From Lactobacillus sp. (GTDB taxonomy: Bacteria > Bacillota > Bacilli > Lactobacillales > Lactobacillaceae), in assembly GCF_051873315.1 (NCBI RefSeq), contig NZ_JBJEES010000161.1:1019-65018 (forward strand): a stretch of DNA of 64,000 nt. The letters run 5' to 3'. The translations under genes and the position numbers were made by a program. Below are positions 1 through 9,665 of this stretch, piece after piece. Numbering within the stretch: position 1 is the stretch's first letter; every line of letters starts with the position of its first letter. The notes beneath the pieces were generated by a model that saw only the letters and a list, made by a program, of their open reading frames with translations, had not been told where the DNA came from and ran no database searches.

Positions 1-139
1 TCCCTGCCACCAGGCGGACCCACGGCTTGCGCTTGGCGGACAAAGGAACGACCTTCTTTTGCCCCCGGCCGGCTGCTGCCTCCACGATATACTCAGTCTT
101 GATTCCGCCCATTGCATCCATTAAGTCAGTGTTTTTCAT
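1..139 (-). CDS. Hypothetical protein, C-terminally truncated by the window edge (possible anti-sigma partner of the upstream sigma factor)
   Basis: ATG at 137-139 on the minus strand, preceded by AGGGGA about 8 nt upstream. It starts 14 nt after the sigma gene stop. Translation reads MKNTDLMDAMGGIKTEYIVEAAAGRGQKK... and stays open to position 1. The function is inferred only from its position after an ECF-type sigma gene. Confidence 0.35.
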   Translation of the reverse strand, partial: MKNTDLMDAMGGIKTEYIVEAAAGRGQKKVVPLSAKRKPWVRLVAG

Positions 140-152
140 AATAGTATCCCCT

Positions 153-716
153 TTAAATAAACTTTTCTTCTTGCAGTTTTTTGCCCAGCTTGCGCCGCAT
201 CCGCATCAAAGCCACCTTAACGGCTGATGTTGTCATCCCGTTAGCCGCGGCAATGTCGCTGATGGCGTCCATGTAAAAATACCGCTGAACAAAAATAATT
301 CTTTTTTCTTTTGGCAGGCCTGCCAGAAAATCATTGATGATCTCCGTCAAAGCGCTGCTCTCAATCCCTTCCAGCTCTGGCTGCTCCTGGACCGCGCCGG
401 ATGACTCTCCAATTTCATCCAGCGAGGCGGTATATTGATCCCCAGCCCGTTTCTGCCGGTTTTGGTCGCGGACCATGTTCAAGGCTCCGTTGCGCGTGAC
501 GCGCCCCAGGTAGGCCAAGAGGCTCTGCGGCCGCTTTGGCGGAATCGTGTTCCAGGCTTTCAGCCATGTATCGTTCAGGCACTCCTCAACGTCCTCCTTA
601 TCCCGCAAGATGTTGCGGGCAATCGTTGAGCAATATGCCCCATATTCACTCTGGACTGAAGTGAGCGCAGCTTCGTCTCTGGCGAAGAACTGCTCGATGA
701 TTTCAGTTTCTCTCAC
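153..716 (-). CDS. RNA polymerase sigma factor, sigma-70 family (ECF-like, 187 aa)
   Basis: Region-2-like DVEECLNDTWLKAWN and a region-4 HTH-like ISDIAAANGMTTSAVKVALMRMRRKL. The size is typical of group 4 sigma factors. Confidence 0.8.
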   Translation of the reverse strand: MRETEIIEQFFARDEAALTSVQSEYGAYCSTIARNILRDKEDVEECLNDTWLKAWNTIPPKRPQSLLAYLGRVTRNGALNMVRDQNRQKRAGDQYTASLDEIGESSGAVQEQPELEGIESSALTEIINDFLAGLPKEKRIIFVQRYFYMDAISDIAAANGMTTSAVKVALMRMRRKLGKKLQEEKFI

Positions 717-840
717 TGTCTTTTTCCGTCCTTTTACTTTTTGTTTTTCGAGGCCCTCATCTCCTCTACCCTAATAGACACCTAAGGGAGCTGAAAGGTT
801 ACACTTTTGCAAAAAGTTTTTTAGAAAAAATTTCCACGCA

Positions 841-869
841 AAAAGGAACCCCTCCGCGGAGTTCCTTTA
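841..869 (-). terminator. Rho-independent terminator of serS
   Basis: Hairpin aaggaac/gttcctt flanked by an A/T run, immediately 3-prime of the serS stop. Confidence 0.55.
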
Positions 870-872
870 TGA

Positions 873-2180
873 CTAGTGCCACTTAACTTCTGGCGTGATC
901 TTGGTCATGCCGTGCATGTATGGGCGCAAAGCTTCTGGTACGGTAACCGTACCGTCTTCGTTTTGGTAGTTTTCCAAAATAGCGGCAACCGTCCGGCCAA
1001 CAGCCAGGCCTGACCCGTTCAAAGTGTGGGTCAATTTAACCTTGCCGTCTTCGTCCCGGTAACGGATTTGTGCCCGGCGGGCCTGGAAGTCAGTACAGTT
1101 GGAGCAGGATGAGATTTCCCGGTAAGTGTCTTGGGCTGGCATCCAGACTTCCAAGTCGTAAGTCTTGGCACTGGTGAAGGATGCATCCCCGGTTGACAAG
1201 GCTACGACCCGGTACGGCAGACCCAGCTTTTGCAGCAGGTGTTCAGCGTTGTGGGTCAGGTTTTCCAGTTCCTTCCAGGATTCTTCCGGCTTAACGACCT
1301 TAACCATTTCCACCTTGCGGAATTCGTGCATCCGGATCAAGCCCCGGGTGTCGCGGCCAGCTGAACCAGCTTCACTTCTGAAGGCTGGTGACAAAGCAGT
1401 CACGTTGATTGGCAAGTTCTTGCCATCGATGATGTCGCCTCTGAAGTAGTTGACCAAAGGAACTTCAGCAGTTGGAATCAAAGTCAGGTTCCGCGGTACT
1501 TCTGGGTCGTCATTTTCAACGATGGTGTAGACGTCTTCAGTAAACTTCGGGAATTGGCCAGTACCTTGCATTGAGTCGTTGTTGACCAAGGATGGGGTGA
1601 TGACTTCAGTGTAGCCTTCGCTGGTGTTTTCATCCAGGAAGAAGTTGTAAACGGCCCGTTCCAAGAGAGCGCCGGCACCCTTGTAGTAAACGAAGCGGGC
1701 TGCGGAAACCTTGCTTGCCGCGTCCCAGTCCAGGATGTTCAAGTCAGTGCCCAGGTCCCAGTGAGCCTTTGGTTCATAGTCAAACTTGGTTGGTTCGCTC
1801 CAGCGGCGGACTTCTTCGTTGTAGCTTTCGTCAGGGCCAATTGGGTCTGAGTCAGCTGGGAAGTTTGGCAAACGAAGCAGGATGTATTCTTGCTTTTCCT
1901 GCAGTTCATCAACTTCTTGGTCCAATTCCTTGATCTTGGCACCGACTTCACGCATGTTGGCGATAGCTTCGCTGGCATCTGCCTTTTCCCGCTTGGCGGC
2001 AGCAATCTTCTTTGAAACTTCGTTTCTTTCTGCCTTCAAGTTTTCAGCTTCTACCATAGCTTGCCGGCGCTTGGCGTCGATAGCTACCAGTTCATCCAAT
2101 TGCTCAGGCTTGATGCCCCGAGTTGCCAACTTTTCCTTGGCCCAGTCAAGATTCTCGCGAATGACCTTAATATCCAGCAT
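873..2180 (-). CDS. serS: Seryl-tRNA synthetase
   Basis: 435 aa. N-terminal coiled-coil tRNA-binding arm ([12 protein letters not shown]...) and a class II core ([36 protein letters not shown]). Confidence 0.97.
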   Translation of the reverse strand: MLDIKVIRENLDWAKEKLATRGIKPEQLDELVAIDAKRRQAMVEAENLKAERNEVSKKIAAAKREKADASEAIANMREVGAKIKELDQEVDELQEKQEYILLRLPNFPADSDPIGPDESYNEEVRRWSEPTKFDYEPKAHWDLGTDLNILDWDAASKVSAARFVYYKGAGALLERAVYNFFLDENTSEGYTEVITPSLVNNDSMQGTGQFPKFTEDVYTIVENDDPEVPRNLTLIPTAEVPLVNYFRGDIIDGKNLPINVTALSPAFRSEAGSAGRDTRGLIRMHEFRKVEMVKVVKPEESWKELENLTHNAEHLLQKLGLPYRVVALSTGDASFTSAKTYDLEVWMPAQDTYREISSCSNCTDFQARRAQIRYRDEDGKVKLTHTLNGSGLAVGRTVAAILENYQNEDGTVTVPEALRPYMHGMTKITPEVKWH

Positions 2181-2408
2181 ATATAACCTCCGAAAAAATA
2201 AAAAAGCCGGTCCGTCCCAGTCTTGGGACGAATCGGCGCACGGTTCGCGGTACCACCCAGTTTCGGCTCAAAGAGCCGCACTCAGTTGGGCGCTAACGGT
2301 GCCCGGCCGTGCAATGATTAATTGCCCACACTAATGAAATCTGGAAGCGACCGCCGTCCGCTCTCAGCATACGCGGACTCTCTGTCGGCAGTCTAAGGAT
2401 TTCGTGTT
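2181..2408 (-). promoter_or_regulatory. T-box leader (tRNA-Ser-responsive transcription attenuator) of serS
   Basis: The minus-strand RNA contains ACAGAGAGU (Stem I S-turn). UCC-A lies directly before the closing helix GAAAUC/GAUUUC, giving a Ser specifier. The canonical T-box CUGGGUGGUACCGCG is followed by the terminator CGUCCCAAGACUGGGACGGACCGGCUUUUUUAUUUUUU. Confidence 0.85.
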
Positions 2409-2415
2409 TGTCTCT

Positions 2416-2444
2416 ATTCTATGCTATTCGGTCCGTTTTAGCAA
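2416..2444 (-). promoter_or_regulatory. Putative sigma-A promoter for the serS T-box leader
   Basis: Minus strand reads TTGCTA, 17 nt, TAGAAT. It overlaps the 3-prime end of the upstream GNAT gene. Confidence 0.4.
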
Positions 2445-2918
2445 ATAATACTTGGCCGAAAAATCCAAAAAAGGGGGAATTTTCCGGTAATCGACTTCAT
2501 ACATCTGCCGAAAGCCCAGTTTTTGCAATAAATGCTGAGGCCGCAAATTATCCGACCGGCAGCCGGCCCAGATTTCCTTGATCTCCGGATCTTTAAAAGC
2601 TTCCGCCAAAAGACAATTGATGCTTTCAGTCATGTAGCCCTGCCCCTGGAATTTTTTGTCCAAAAGAAAGCCCAGCTCCCGGGACTGGCCATCCCGGGGA
2701 TATAGTTCCAGCAGGCCAATTGCCTGGCCATTTTTTAAGCAAATCATGTAGCTGGCCGGTCGTCTCTGGTAAGCTAAGGCCCCTTCTTCAGCTTCAAGCA
2801 TGTTCCGGTAGTGGGCAAAGCCTGCCGTTTTCTGGTAGTAGGGATCCTGCCCCCAAGACAAAAGCAGGTCAGCATCTTCCGGCCCGACCGGCCGCAAATA
2901 TATCCGCTCGCTCTCCAT
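2424..2918 (-). CDS. GNAT family N-acetyltransferase (RimJ/RimL-like)
   Basis: Start taken at MESERIYLRPVGPEDADLL. Its ATG overlaps the upstream stop as ATGA. GNAT-like core QGQGYMTESINCLLAEAF. The longer ORF-track start at 3020 lies inside the upstream gene. Confidence 0.75.
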   Translation of the reverse strand: MESERIYLRPVGPEDADLLLSWGQDPYYQKTAGFAHYRNMLEAEEGALAYQRRPASYMICLKNGQAIGLLELYPRDGQSRELGFLLDKKFQGQGYMTESINCLLAEAFKDPEIKEIWAGCRSDNLRPQHLLQKLGFRQMYEVDYRKIPPFLDFSAKYYLLKRTE

Positions 2919-3511
2919 CACATCAGCCTCATGATCCAGCGGGCCCCGTAGACCAGGCCCAGGCTGTAAGCCGCGATGGTCCAAGGCTTGCAGAGGACGA
3001 TGATCCAGAAGTAGGTCCAAGGCTTCATTTCCGTCAGACCCGCCAAAAGGCAGAGCAGGTCATCCGGGGCAACCGGGGCCAGGATGCAGATGGCGAAGAA
3101 CCAGTTGAACTTCTTTTGGTTCTTGGTCCACTTGGTATACTTCTCCAGGCTCTCTTCCGACACGATGTGCAGGATGAAGGACTTGCCATAGTAGCGGGCC
3201 AGGAAGAAGTTGATCAAGGAGCCGATGACGATCCCGATATAGTTGTAGATAAAACCAGGTCCAGCGCCGAAGAAGACAACCCCAGCCAAAAGGGAGACCC
3301 CGCCGGGGATAATCGGGATCACGACCTGGATGATCTGAATCAAAACAAAGATAAAGGGACCCAGGATCTTTTTGTCAGCCAAATAGGCGCTCATCTTGGC
3401 CTGGCTGGTAAAAATCCCCAGCTGGTACCAATAGATGCAGAGGCCAATGATCACGATGGTTGAAATAATGGTCAGCCGGTTGATCAGCTTGCGGCTTTGT
3501 TCGTAACTCAT
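2918..3511 (-). CDS. TVP38/TMEM64 (DedA-related) family membrane protein
   Basis: 197 aa polytopic protein. Motifs VIPIIPGGVSLLAGVVFG-like and FFLARYYGK are typical of the family. Confidence 0.75.
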   Translation of the reverse strand: MSYEQSRKLINRLTIISTIVIIGLCIYWYQLGIFTSQAKMSAYLADKKILGPFIFVLIQIIQVVIPIIPGGVSLLAGVVFFGAGPGFIYNYIGIVIGSLINFFLARYYGKSFILHIVSEESLEKYTKWTKNQKKFNWFFAICILAPVAPDDLLCLLAGLTEMKPWTYFWIIVLCKPWTIAAYSLGLVYGARWIMRLM

Positions 3512-3730
3512 GGTCTTTTCCCCCTAAAAACAAATTCCAGGATAATTTTAGCAAAAAGCCTCCCCCCTCCACACTAGTTTGCTTCGGGCTTTAAATAAAC
3601 TTATGTATGCTGCCTTCTTTTCCCTTGCGAAAAAAGACAAAAAGCAAGCAGAAGTTATTGCTTTGAGTATATAATTAAGTTAGGATAAAAAATCAGAATT
3701 CAAATCAGTTCAGAAAGGAAAAATGAGATT

Positions 3731-4534
3731 ATGGTTGTGACTGTTAACAATATCGCTTATGACCTCAAGCACGGCCTAAAGACCGACATCTATTATCCCA
3801 ACGATACCGACTCACAGACAAAAATCCTCATTCTCTGGCACGGCGGCGGCTGGTTTAGGGGAAGCAAAAATGGCGTCAGAGACGTGGCAATCGACCTGGC
3901 CAACGCTGGCTTCATGACCTTCGTGCCCGACTACCGGCTGGCTCCAGCTGACCATTTCCCAGCTGCCCACGAGGATGCCCTTAACTTCGCGGCCTGGCTT
4001 TTGGCTTCAAACTACACCGATGAGGGCGATGAAAACAACATCGTCCAGATCGGCGCCAGCTCCGGCGGCACCCTGGCCTTGAAAGTCGCCGGCATGTACG
4101 GCTTCCCGACGGTCACCTGGTCAGCCCCTGTCGACTTCAGCAGCTGGCTGGCCGACCACCAAGAGGTCAAGCCTTCAGTCAATGGCAAGGAAGAACTGGG
4201 CTTGACCACCCAGCAGGCCATCAATGAAGCCTTTTACAAGTACTTTGTCTTGACCTACGCCGGCAGCGAGGACTCTGACCTTTTGGCCGACCTGGATGCC
4301 CAAAGCTACGACTATACCAAGTTGAGCCGCCTGCTCATGATGAACTCAGCGGCTGAACTGACCGACCTGGCCGGCGTTACTGAATTTGCCGGCCGCCTGG
4401 CTGGCCGCGGCCACCAGGTTGACCTGGAAATTATCCCCGGTCATGGCCACGCCATGGACTACGGCCGGGATTATCTCAGGGAAAGCATAACTTATCTCAA
4501 CTATGCCCTCAGTCTGAAAACAGGAAGCGATTAA
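3731..4534 (+). CDS. Alpha/beta hydrolase (esterase/lipase, HGGG type)
   Basis: Oxyanion-hole motif LWHGGGW, nucleophile elbow GASSGG, C-terminal GHGHAMD. Confidence 0.7.
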   Translation: MVVTVNNIAYDLKHGLKTDIYYPNDTDSQTKILILWHGGGWFRGSKNGVRDVAIDLANAGFMTFVPDYRLAPADHFPAAHEDALNFAAWLLASNYTDEGDENNIVQIGASSGGTLALKVAGMYGFPTVTWSAPVDFSSWLADHQEVKPSVNGKEELGLTTQQAINEAFYKYFVLTYAGSEDSDLLADLDAQSYDYTKLSRLLMMNSAAELTDLAGVTEFAGRLAGRGHQVDLEIIPGHGHAMDYGRDYLRESITYLNYALSLKTGSD

Positions 4535-4536
4535 CC

Positions 4537-5397
4537 ATGATAAACATTGAAAAATTCATCAAAATCCGCAAGTCGCTCAAGCTGTCGCAAAATGAGCTCT
4601 GCAATGGGATCTGCACCCAGTCAACCTTGAGCAAGTTCGAAAACAACGGGCAGATTCCTTCTTTCAAGATCCTCAAGCAGCTCTGCGAGCGGATGAACAT
4701 CTCCTTATCTGACATCATGCTGACCAGCACGGAAAGCGAAATTGCCCAGAAGCTTTTTTCCGCGGACTTCTGCTTCATCACTTATGACTATGACCAGGTC
4801 CGCAAGATCCTCAAGCAGGTCAATGAGAAAAAGATCCGCGACAAGCAAGACCTTCTCCACTACAACTACCTTTGCGGGCAGCTGGCTCTGGACGGGGACC
4901 ACAACGAAGTCTCGGCCCTTTTCTACTTCAACAATATCCTGACAACCGACAACCTTAAGGCCGGCAACATCTACCGCCTCCTGGCCCTTAAAGGCTGCAG
5001 CCAGGTTTATGCCAGCCAGGACATGGGCAAGGCCTCTCATTACTTTGACCAGATCCTGGACCAGATCAAGAAAGTCGAAATCAAAGACAGCTTGAGAGAA
5101 CTCCAGGTCATGTCCATTTTGACGGCGGCCGGCGAATTCTACGGGCAAAGCGGACAGTACAAACATGCTGACGACCTGCTCAACTATGCCTACGAGCTGG
5201 CTTCCGAACATCATGTGGTCTACTTTTTGGCCCGGGTCCTTTACCAGCTGGCCTTAGACGACCTGGCCCAAAAGCGGTCCATGAATACGGCCCTGGAGCA
5301 CCTGCACGACGCCCTGGCATTCGCCCGCTTGAACAAAAACGAGGTTATCCTCAAAGAAGGCGGCAAGCTCCTCAAAGAACTCGAAGAGAAAGCATAA
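4537..5397 (+). CDS. Rgg/GadR/MutR-like (XRE HTH + helical repeat) transcriptional regulator
   Basis: N-terminal HTH IRKSLKLSQNELCNGICTQSTLSKFENNGQIPSFKILKQLCERMNISLSDI, followed by about 220 aa of TPR-like helices. It starts 2 nt after the esterase stop. Confidence 0.7.
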   Translation: MINIEKFIKIRKSLKLSQNELCNGICTQSTLSKFENNGQIPSFKILKQLCERMNISLSDIMLTSTESEIAQKLFSADFCFITYDYDQVRKILKQVNEKKIRDKQDLLHYNYLCGQLALDGDHNEVSALFYFNNILTTDNLKAGNIYRLLALKGCSQVYASQDMGKASHYFDQILDQIKKVEIKDSLRELQVMSILTAAGEFYGQSGQYKHADDLLNYAYELASEHHVVYFLARVLYQLALDDLAQKRSMNTALEHLHDALAFARLNKNEVILKEGGKLLKELEEKA

Positions 5398-5433
5398 GAA
5401 AACGGTCAATCGCGAGATTGACCGTTTATTTTT
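5398..5433. terminator. Bidirectional rho-independent terminator
   Basis: aaacggtcaatc-gcga-gattgaccgttt with flanking A and T runs, between convergent genes. Confidence 0.6.
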
Positions 5434-5436
5434 GCC

Positions 5437-5934
5437 TTAAATGGTGCCATAGCCAGTCAGCGGCCGGCATGGGCAGTTGTTAAAGTCGTAAGTCTTCAAG
5501 AGTTCCAGTTCCTGGTCGCCCTTGATAAAAGCCGTTGCCCCTTCAGACAGCATCAGGTTCATGATCGGCTTCTTTTCCGGGTGGTTAGTGAAAGGTACGA
5601 TGATGACCGGCTTGTTCTGCGCCCGCAAAAAGCCGATTTCAAAGGCGCAGCCATCATCCAGTTCATCCATGTCGTAAAGGAAGAGGCCGCAATTTGCCAT
5701 GGACAGGCCGTTGATGTCGTTTTGGAAGGTCTGCTGCTTCCAAAAGAGACTCCGTTCATCCCCAAAGCCGACATTCGGGTCTTCCGCCGGGTCGGTTACC
5801 TGCTGGTCAAAGGGAAAATGAACGTGCTCGACCGTCGGGTTGGCCGCCAAGTATTCGCGGACCTGCTTGGCCCGGGCTTGATGGTGGTCGCGGTGAAAAG
5901 ATGAACCTAAATAAATACGTGCAGTTGCCGTCAT
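5437..5934 (-). CDS. ndt: Nucleoside 2-deoxyribosyltransferase family protein
   Basis: Read by eye, it is colinear with the L. leichmannii NTD as I recall it: IYLGSSF..., NDINGL, and AFEIGF with the catalytic Glu position retained. KPIMNLM is also present. Confidence 0.65.
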   Translation of the reverse strand: MTATARIYLGSSFHRDHHQARAKQVREYLAANPTVEHVHFPFDQQVTDPAEDPNVGFGDERSLFWKQQTFQNDINGLSMANCGLFLYDMDELDDGCAFEIGFLRAQNKPVIIVPFTNHPEKKPIMNLMLSEGATAFIKGDQELELLKTYDFNNCPCRPLTGYGTI

Positions 5935-5942
5935 GAATCCTC

Positions 5943-6614
5943 CTAGTGGACGCTTAAATAATCTAACATGGTGTAAATGGCGCGCTTATTGGCGCTTGGC
6001 AAAGGCTGGGCCAGAATCTCGGCTGGAGTCTGGTGTAAGTCATTGCCGCTTTCGGCGTAGGCGCCGTCATTGATGACGATTTCGCGGACGTTGTCAGCCA
6101 AGGGCTCTAAGTGAAACTGCAGGCCGATCACGTTGCCATTGACCAAAAAGCCCTGGTTGGCCAAGAGGTCGCTGGAATAGAGCAAGTGGCTGCCAGCTGG
6201 CATTTCAAACATGTCCTGGTGCCAGTGCAGGGCCAGGAGCTTGTCTGGCAAGTCACCGATCGCATCACTTTGCTTGTAGACCGGAGCCCAGCCGACTTCC
6301 TTGTGGGCAGCCGGGTGCACGCTGCTGCCTAAGCAGATGGCAATTTGCTGGGCACCCAGGCAAATGCCGAGAATTGGCAGGTGCTGCTTGAGGCAGTCCT
6401 TGATCAATTGCCGTTCTTCTTTAAGCCAAGGCAAGTCGTCGCCCGGGCTCATCGGCCCGCCCAAAACGACCAGCATGTCGGTTTCATCAGCTTTCGGAAA
6501 AATGCCGAAAGTTTCCGGATGATATACATAGACTTTGTTGCCCCGGTCTTCGGCCCAGGCCTTGATGGCCCCCGGCCCCTCATTCGGGGTGTGCTGCAAA
6601 ACGTTGATCCGCAT
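5943..6614 (-). CDS. Class I glutamine amidotransferase-like protein
   Basis: Nucleophile elbow ILGICLGAQQI and a downstream HWHQD / FHLE histidine/glutamate region. Confidence 0.75.
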   Translation of the reverse strand: MRINVLQHTPNEGPGAIKAWAEDRGNKVYVYHPETFGIFPKADETDMLVVLGGPMSPGDDLPWLKEERQLIKDCLKQHLPILGICLGAQQIAICLGSSVHPAAHKEVGWAPVYKQSDAIGDLPDKLLALHWHQDMFEMPAGSHLLYSSDLLANQGFLVNGNVIGLQFHLEPLADNVREIVINDGAYAESGNDLHQTPAEILAQPLPSANKRAIYTMLDYLSVH

Positions 6615-6856
6615 AATCTCGTCCTTTCAATTTTTAAATATTTTACCATGCTGGCAGGATTTTTTCATTAAAGGAGAGATTTTTACCAAAAAATTGAAAA
6701 AATTGCCGTTAAAATATTCCTTCAGATAATAAAATTATTTCAGCCTTTAGCTATACCAAATATCAGAAAGCGGTTTATACTAGAGAGAGGGATATTTGTG
6801 AATCTTACACTAGATTGGCGCTAAAGGCCGGTCTGATCAACTTTTAATTCGAAAGG

Positions 6857-8257
6857 ATGAAGAAAACAGCTATGGCAAAATACGAATCAGTGAACCCATA
6901 TACCAATGAAGTCTTCGCGAGCTACGAGAACCCGACTGACCAGCAGATTGAAGAATCTCTGGCCTTAGCCCACGCCCTCTACAAGAAGTGGCGGCATGAA
7001 GAACCGAGCAGCCGGGCAGCCATTTTGAAGGACATCGCGGCCAAGTTCCAGGAAAAGGAAGAAGAAATGGCCAAGACCATGACCCTGGAAATGGGCAAGA
7101 AGCTCAGCGAGGCCAAGGAAGAAGTTGAGATCTGCATCGGCATCCTCAACTACTACGCCGACCACGGCCCGGAACTTTTAAAGCCGGTCGACCTGCCCAA
7201 CCCATACGGCCGCGCCTACTACTTAAAGCAGGCTACCGGGGTGATCATGGCCTGTGAACCATGGAACTTCCCTCTTTACCAAGTCATCCGGGTCTTTGCC
7301 CCGAACTTCGTGGTCGGCAACCCGATGCTGCTTAAGCACGCCCACAATGTGCCAACTTCTGCTGCCCTGGCCGCCAAGATCGTGAAAGCTGGCGGGGCGC
7401 CGGAAGGCAGCTTGATCAACCTTTACCTCAGCTACAGCCAACTGGACCAGGTCATTGCTGATCCGCGGGTGCAAGGGGTAGCCTTGACCGGGTCTGAAAG
7501 AGGCGGGGTGTCCGTAGCCGAAAACGCCGGCAAGAACTTGAAGAAGTCCACTATGGAACTGGGCGGCAACGATGCCTTCATCGTCTTAAGCGACGCTGAC
7601 CCAGCAGTTTTGAAGGCAGCCTTGAGCGACGCCCGCAGCTACAATAATGGCCAGGTCTGCACCTCATCCAAGCGGATGATCGTTTTGGCCGACCGCTATG
7701 AAGAAGTTTTGGCAGACATGAAGGAAATCTACTCTGGCCTTAAGTGGGGCGATCCGCTGGAAGACTCCACTACCCTGCCGCCGATGAACTCCCAAGCCGC
7801 AAAAGAGAAGCTGGCCAAGCAGGTTGAAGCGGCAATTGCCGGCGGAGCCAAGGTTTACTACGAGTACCCGGAAATTGACGCCCCAGGTGCCTTCAGCCGG
7901 CCAATTATTTTGACGGACATGACTAAGGACAACCCAATGTTTGACCAGGAAATGTTCGGGCCAGTCTGCGTGGTTTACAAGGTTAAAGACGAGGCTGAAG
8001 CCATTGCCTTAGCCAACGACTCCAGCTATGGGCTGGGTTCTTCCGTCATCTCCAGTGATATCAAGCATGCTGAAGAAGTAGCCAGCCAGATTGAAACCGG
8101 GATGACAGTCATCAACGGCCGCTGGATCACTGACGGCAGCCTGCCATTCGGCGGGGTCAAGAAGTCAGGTTACGGCCGCGAGCTCAGTCCTTTGGGCCTG
8201 GACGCCTTCGTCAACGAGCACCTGGTGATCGACTTTACTGACCAAAACAAGCAGTAA
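6857..8257 (+). CDS. NAD(P)-dependent aldehyde dehydrogenase (succinate-semialdehyde dehydrogenase-like)
   Basis: 466 aa. ELGGNDAF (catalytic Glu), [11 protein letters not shown] (catalytic Cys) and the C-terminal [13 protein letters not shown] motif. Confidence 0.85.
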   Translation: MKKTAMAKYESVNPYTNEVFASYENPTDQQIEESLALAHALYKKWRHEEPSSRAAILKDIAAKFQEKEEEMAKTMTLEMGKKLSEAKEEVEICIGILNYYADHGPELLKPVDLPNPYGRAYYLKQATGVIMACEPWNFPLYQVIRVFAPNFVVGNPMLLKHAHNVPTSAALAAKIVKAGGAPEGSLINLYLSYSQLDQVIADPRVQGVALTGSERGGVSVAENAGKNLKKSTMELGGNDAFIVLSDADPAVLKAALSDARSYNNGQVCTSSKRMIVLADRYEEVLADMKEIYSGLKWGDPLEDSTTLPPMNSQAAKEKLAKQVEAAIAGGAKVYYEYPEIDAPGAFSRPIILTDMTKDNPMFDQEMFGPVCVVYKVKDEAEAIALANDSSYGLGSSVISSDIKHAEEVASQIETGMTVINGRWITDGSLPFGGVKKSGYGRELSPLGLDAFVNEHLVIDFTDQNKQ

Positions 8258-8420
8258 ACAGATCTAACTCAATCTCTTTCAATTACACTTACTTTTACTT
8301 TTTTCTTTTAATCTTTATTACATTACCTACTTTCTTTTTAGTGTTTCTTTTGTACTAATTCAAATTTTCTACTCTTTAGTTTTTGTTTTTTCACGAATCT
8401 CCAAGTAGAAAAATAGCAAG

Positions 8421-8457
8421 AAAAGGCCGCTGGTCACTCAGACCAGCAGCCTTTTTT
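8421..8457. terminator. Bidirectional rho-independent terminator
   Basis: aaaaggccgctggtc-actca-gaccagcagcctttttt, between convergent genes. Confidence 0.6.
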
Positions 8458-8470
8458 CTGCTAACAAAAA

Positions 8471-9553
8471 CTATTCTTCGTTATTTTGATCTGCCTTAAC
8501 CATTGGCTGGAACATGTTGATGCCGGCCAAAACCGTGGTCAAGCAAGAGACCAGGATCAAGAGGTAGCCGGAAATGCCGATAGCCACGGCATAGCTCTTC
8601 AAGCTGGAAACAGCCTGGCTTAAGTAGCTGGTCGCGCTAGTCGTCTGGGCCAATTGGTAAAAGAGGTAGATCAAGACCAGGCTTTCGACCAAGGACAAGG
8701 CAAAAGCCCGGACCCGGGAGACCCTGGTATTCTGGCTGACGGCCAGCATGATGAAGACCGGCAAGAGCAGGAAAACCGCCAGGAAGAGGTAAAGAATCAA
8801 GGCGGGAACGATCTTGCCCGCCGTGATCTGCCTGTTGGCGACTTCAAAGAAGACGCTGGCCACGGTCAGCTTGCTGCTGGAGGTTACGAAGCCTGTCCCC
8901 AGGAAAAGGAGGACCAAGGTGATCAAGCTGGTCAAGAGAATGGAGAGCTGGATGACACCAAAATTCCGCGGCTTCTTGGTCTTCTTCTTCACCTTTTCCA
9001 CTTTGGCTTCAAATTTCGGGTGGGACTCGGTAAACTCTTCATTCTTCTCCTCAATTTCGTTTTCCTTGTCGTCAAAGGCATTGAAGACCTTGGAGCCCCA
9101 ATTTCGGATATACTCAGTCAAGTTCCGGTCAGCCGTGTATTCGCCCTGGGAGTCCCGGTGGCCAGTCCAGATAAGCAGAGCCATGGAGACAGCAAAAGCC
9201 GTCCAGCCCAGGGTCCGGGAGAAACTCATGATGATCAAGAGGCCCACGCCGACCAGGAAGGCGATTGTGGTGTTGTCTCTCAGCCACTGGATCATTTTTT
9301 CCACGGTTGGGTTGCCGGTAAAGGCATTCTGCTCCTGCTTTTGCCGGTAGGCGGACCGGCTGAGCTTGCCGGATGGATCTTTTTCCAAAGTCCGGTCAGC
9401 TTCTTCCCTGTTTATTTCAGTTCTTTCCACATTTTCGGCCGCGGCTTCTTCAGTAAAGTAGTCGCGGCGGTATTTCTCCACATTGAATCCACAGTTCGGA
9501 CAGGTCTTTTCCTGGCCAGTCAGGGTCTGTCCACAGTTGGGACATTTTTTCAT
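8471..9553 (-). CDS. Zinc-ribbon domain membrane protein of unknown function
   Basis: N-terminal CPNCG...CPNCG zinc ribbon, a charged linker, then two blocks of TM helices separated by an acidic/Lys-rich loop. Confidence 0.6.
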   Translation of the reverse strand: MKKCPNCGQTLTGQEKTCPNCGFNVEKYRRDYFTEEAAAENVERTEINREEADRTLEKDPSGKLSRSAYRQKQEQNAFTGNPTVEKMIQWLRDNTTIAFLVGVGLLIIMSFSRTLGWTAFAVSMALLIWTGHRDSQGEYTADRNLTEYIRNWGSKVFNAFDDKENEIEEKNEEFTESHPKFEAKVEKVKKKTKKPRNFGVIQLSILLTSLITLVLLFLGTGFVTSSSKLTVASVFFEVANRQITAGKIVPALILYLFLAVFLLLPVFIMLAVSQNTRVSRVRAFALSLVESLVLIYLFYQLAQTTSATSYLSQAVSSLKSYAVAIGISGYLLILVSCLTTVLAGINMFQPMVKADQNNEE

Positions 9554-9611
9554 AGTAATCGTCCTTTGCTAGTGTTTCTTTTTCCACATTATAGCATTTT
9601 CCTAGCACAGG

Positions 9612-9644
9612 CAAAAAAGAACCCGCCAAAGATGACGGGTTCTT
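9612..9644 (-). terminator. Rho-independent terminator of the tetR-mmpL operon
   Basis: aagaacccg...cgggttctt hairpin with a T run on the minus strand. Confidence 0.6.
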
Positions 9645-9665
9645 AATGCATTATTTAGCTTTCAT

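Noticed and set aside
3603-3674. 23-aa ORF (MYAAFFSLAKKDKKQAEVIALSI), considered as an SHP-like pheromone for the Rgg-like regulator.
   Set aside because: - There is no Shine-Dalgarno upstream.
- The charge and hydrophobicity layout is the reverse of typical SHPs.
- It is kept only as a note within the Rgg finding.
8654-9646. 330-aa ORF on the plus strand, antisense to the zinc-ribbon membrane protein gene.
   Set aside because: - Its composition is Gly/Asp/Gln/Pro-rich with no motifs, and there is no SD.
- It fully overlaps a better-supported gene with a zinc ribbon and TM helices.
- This is a typical shadow ORF in DNA of about 50 percent GC.
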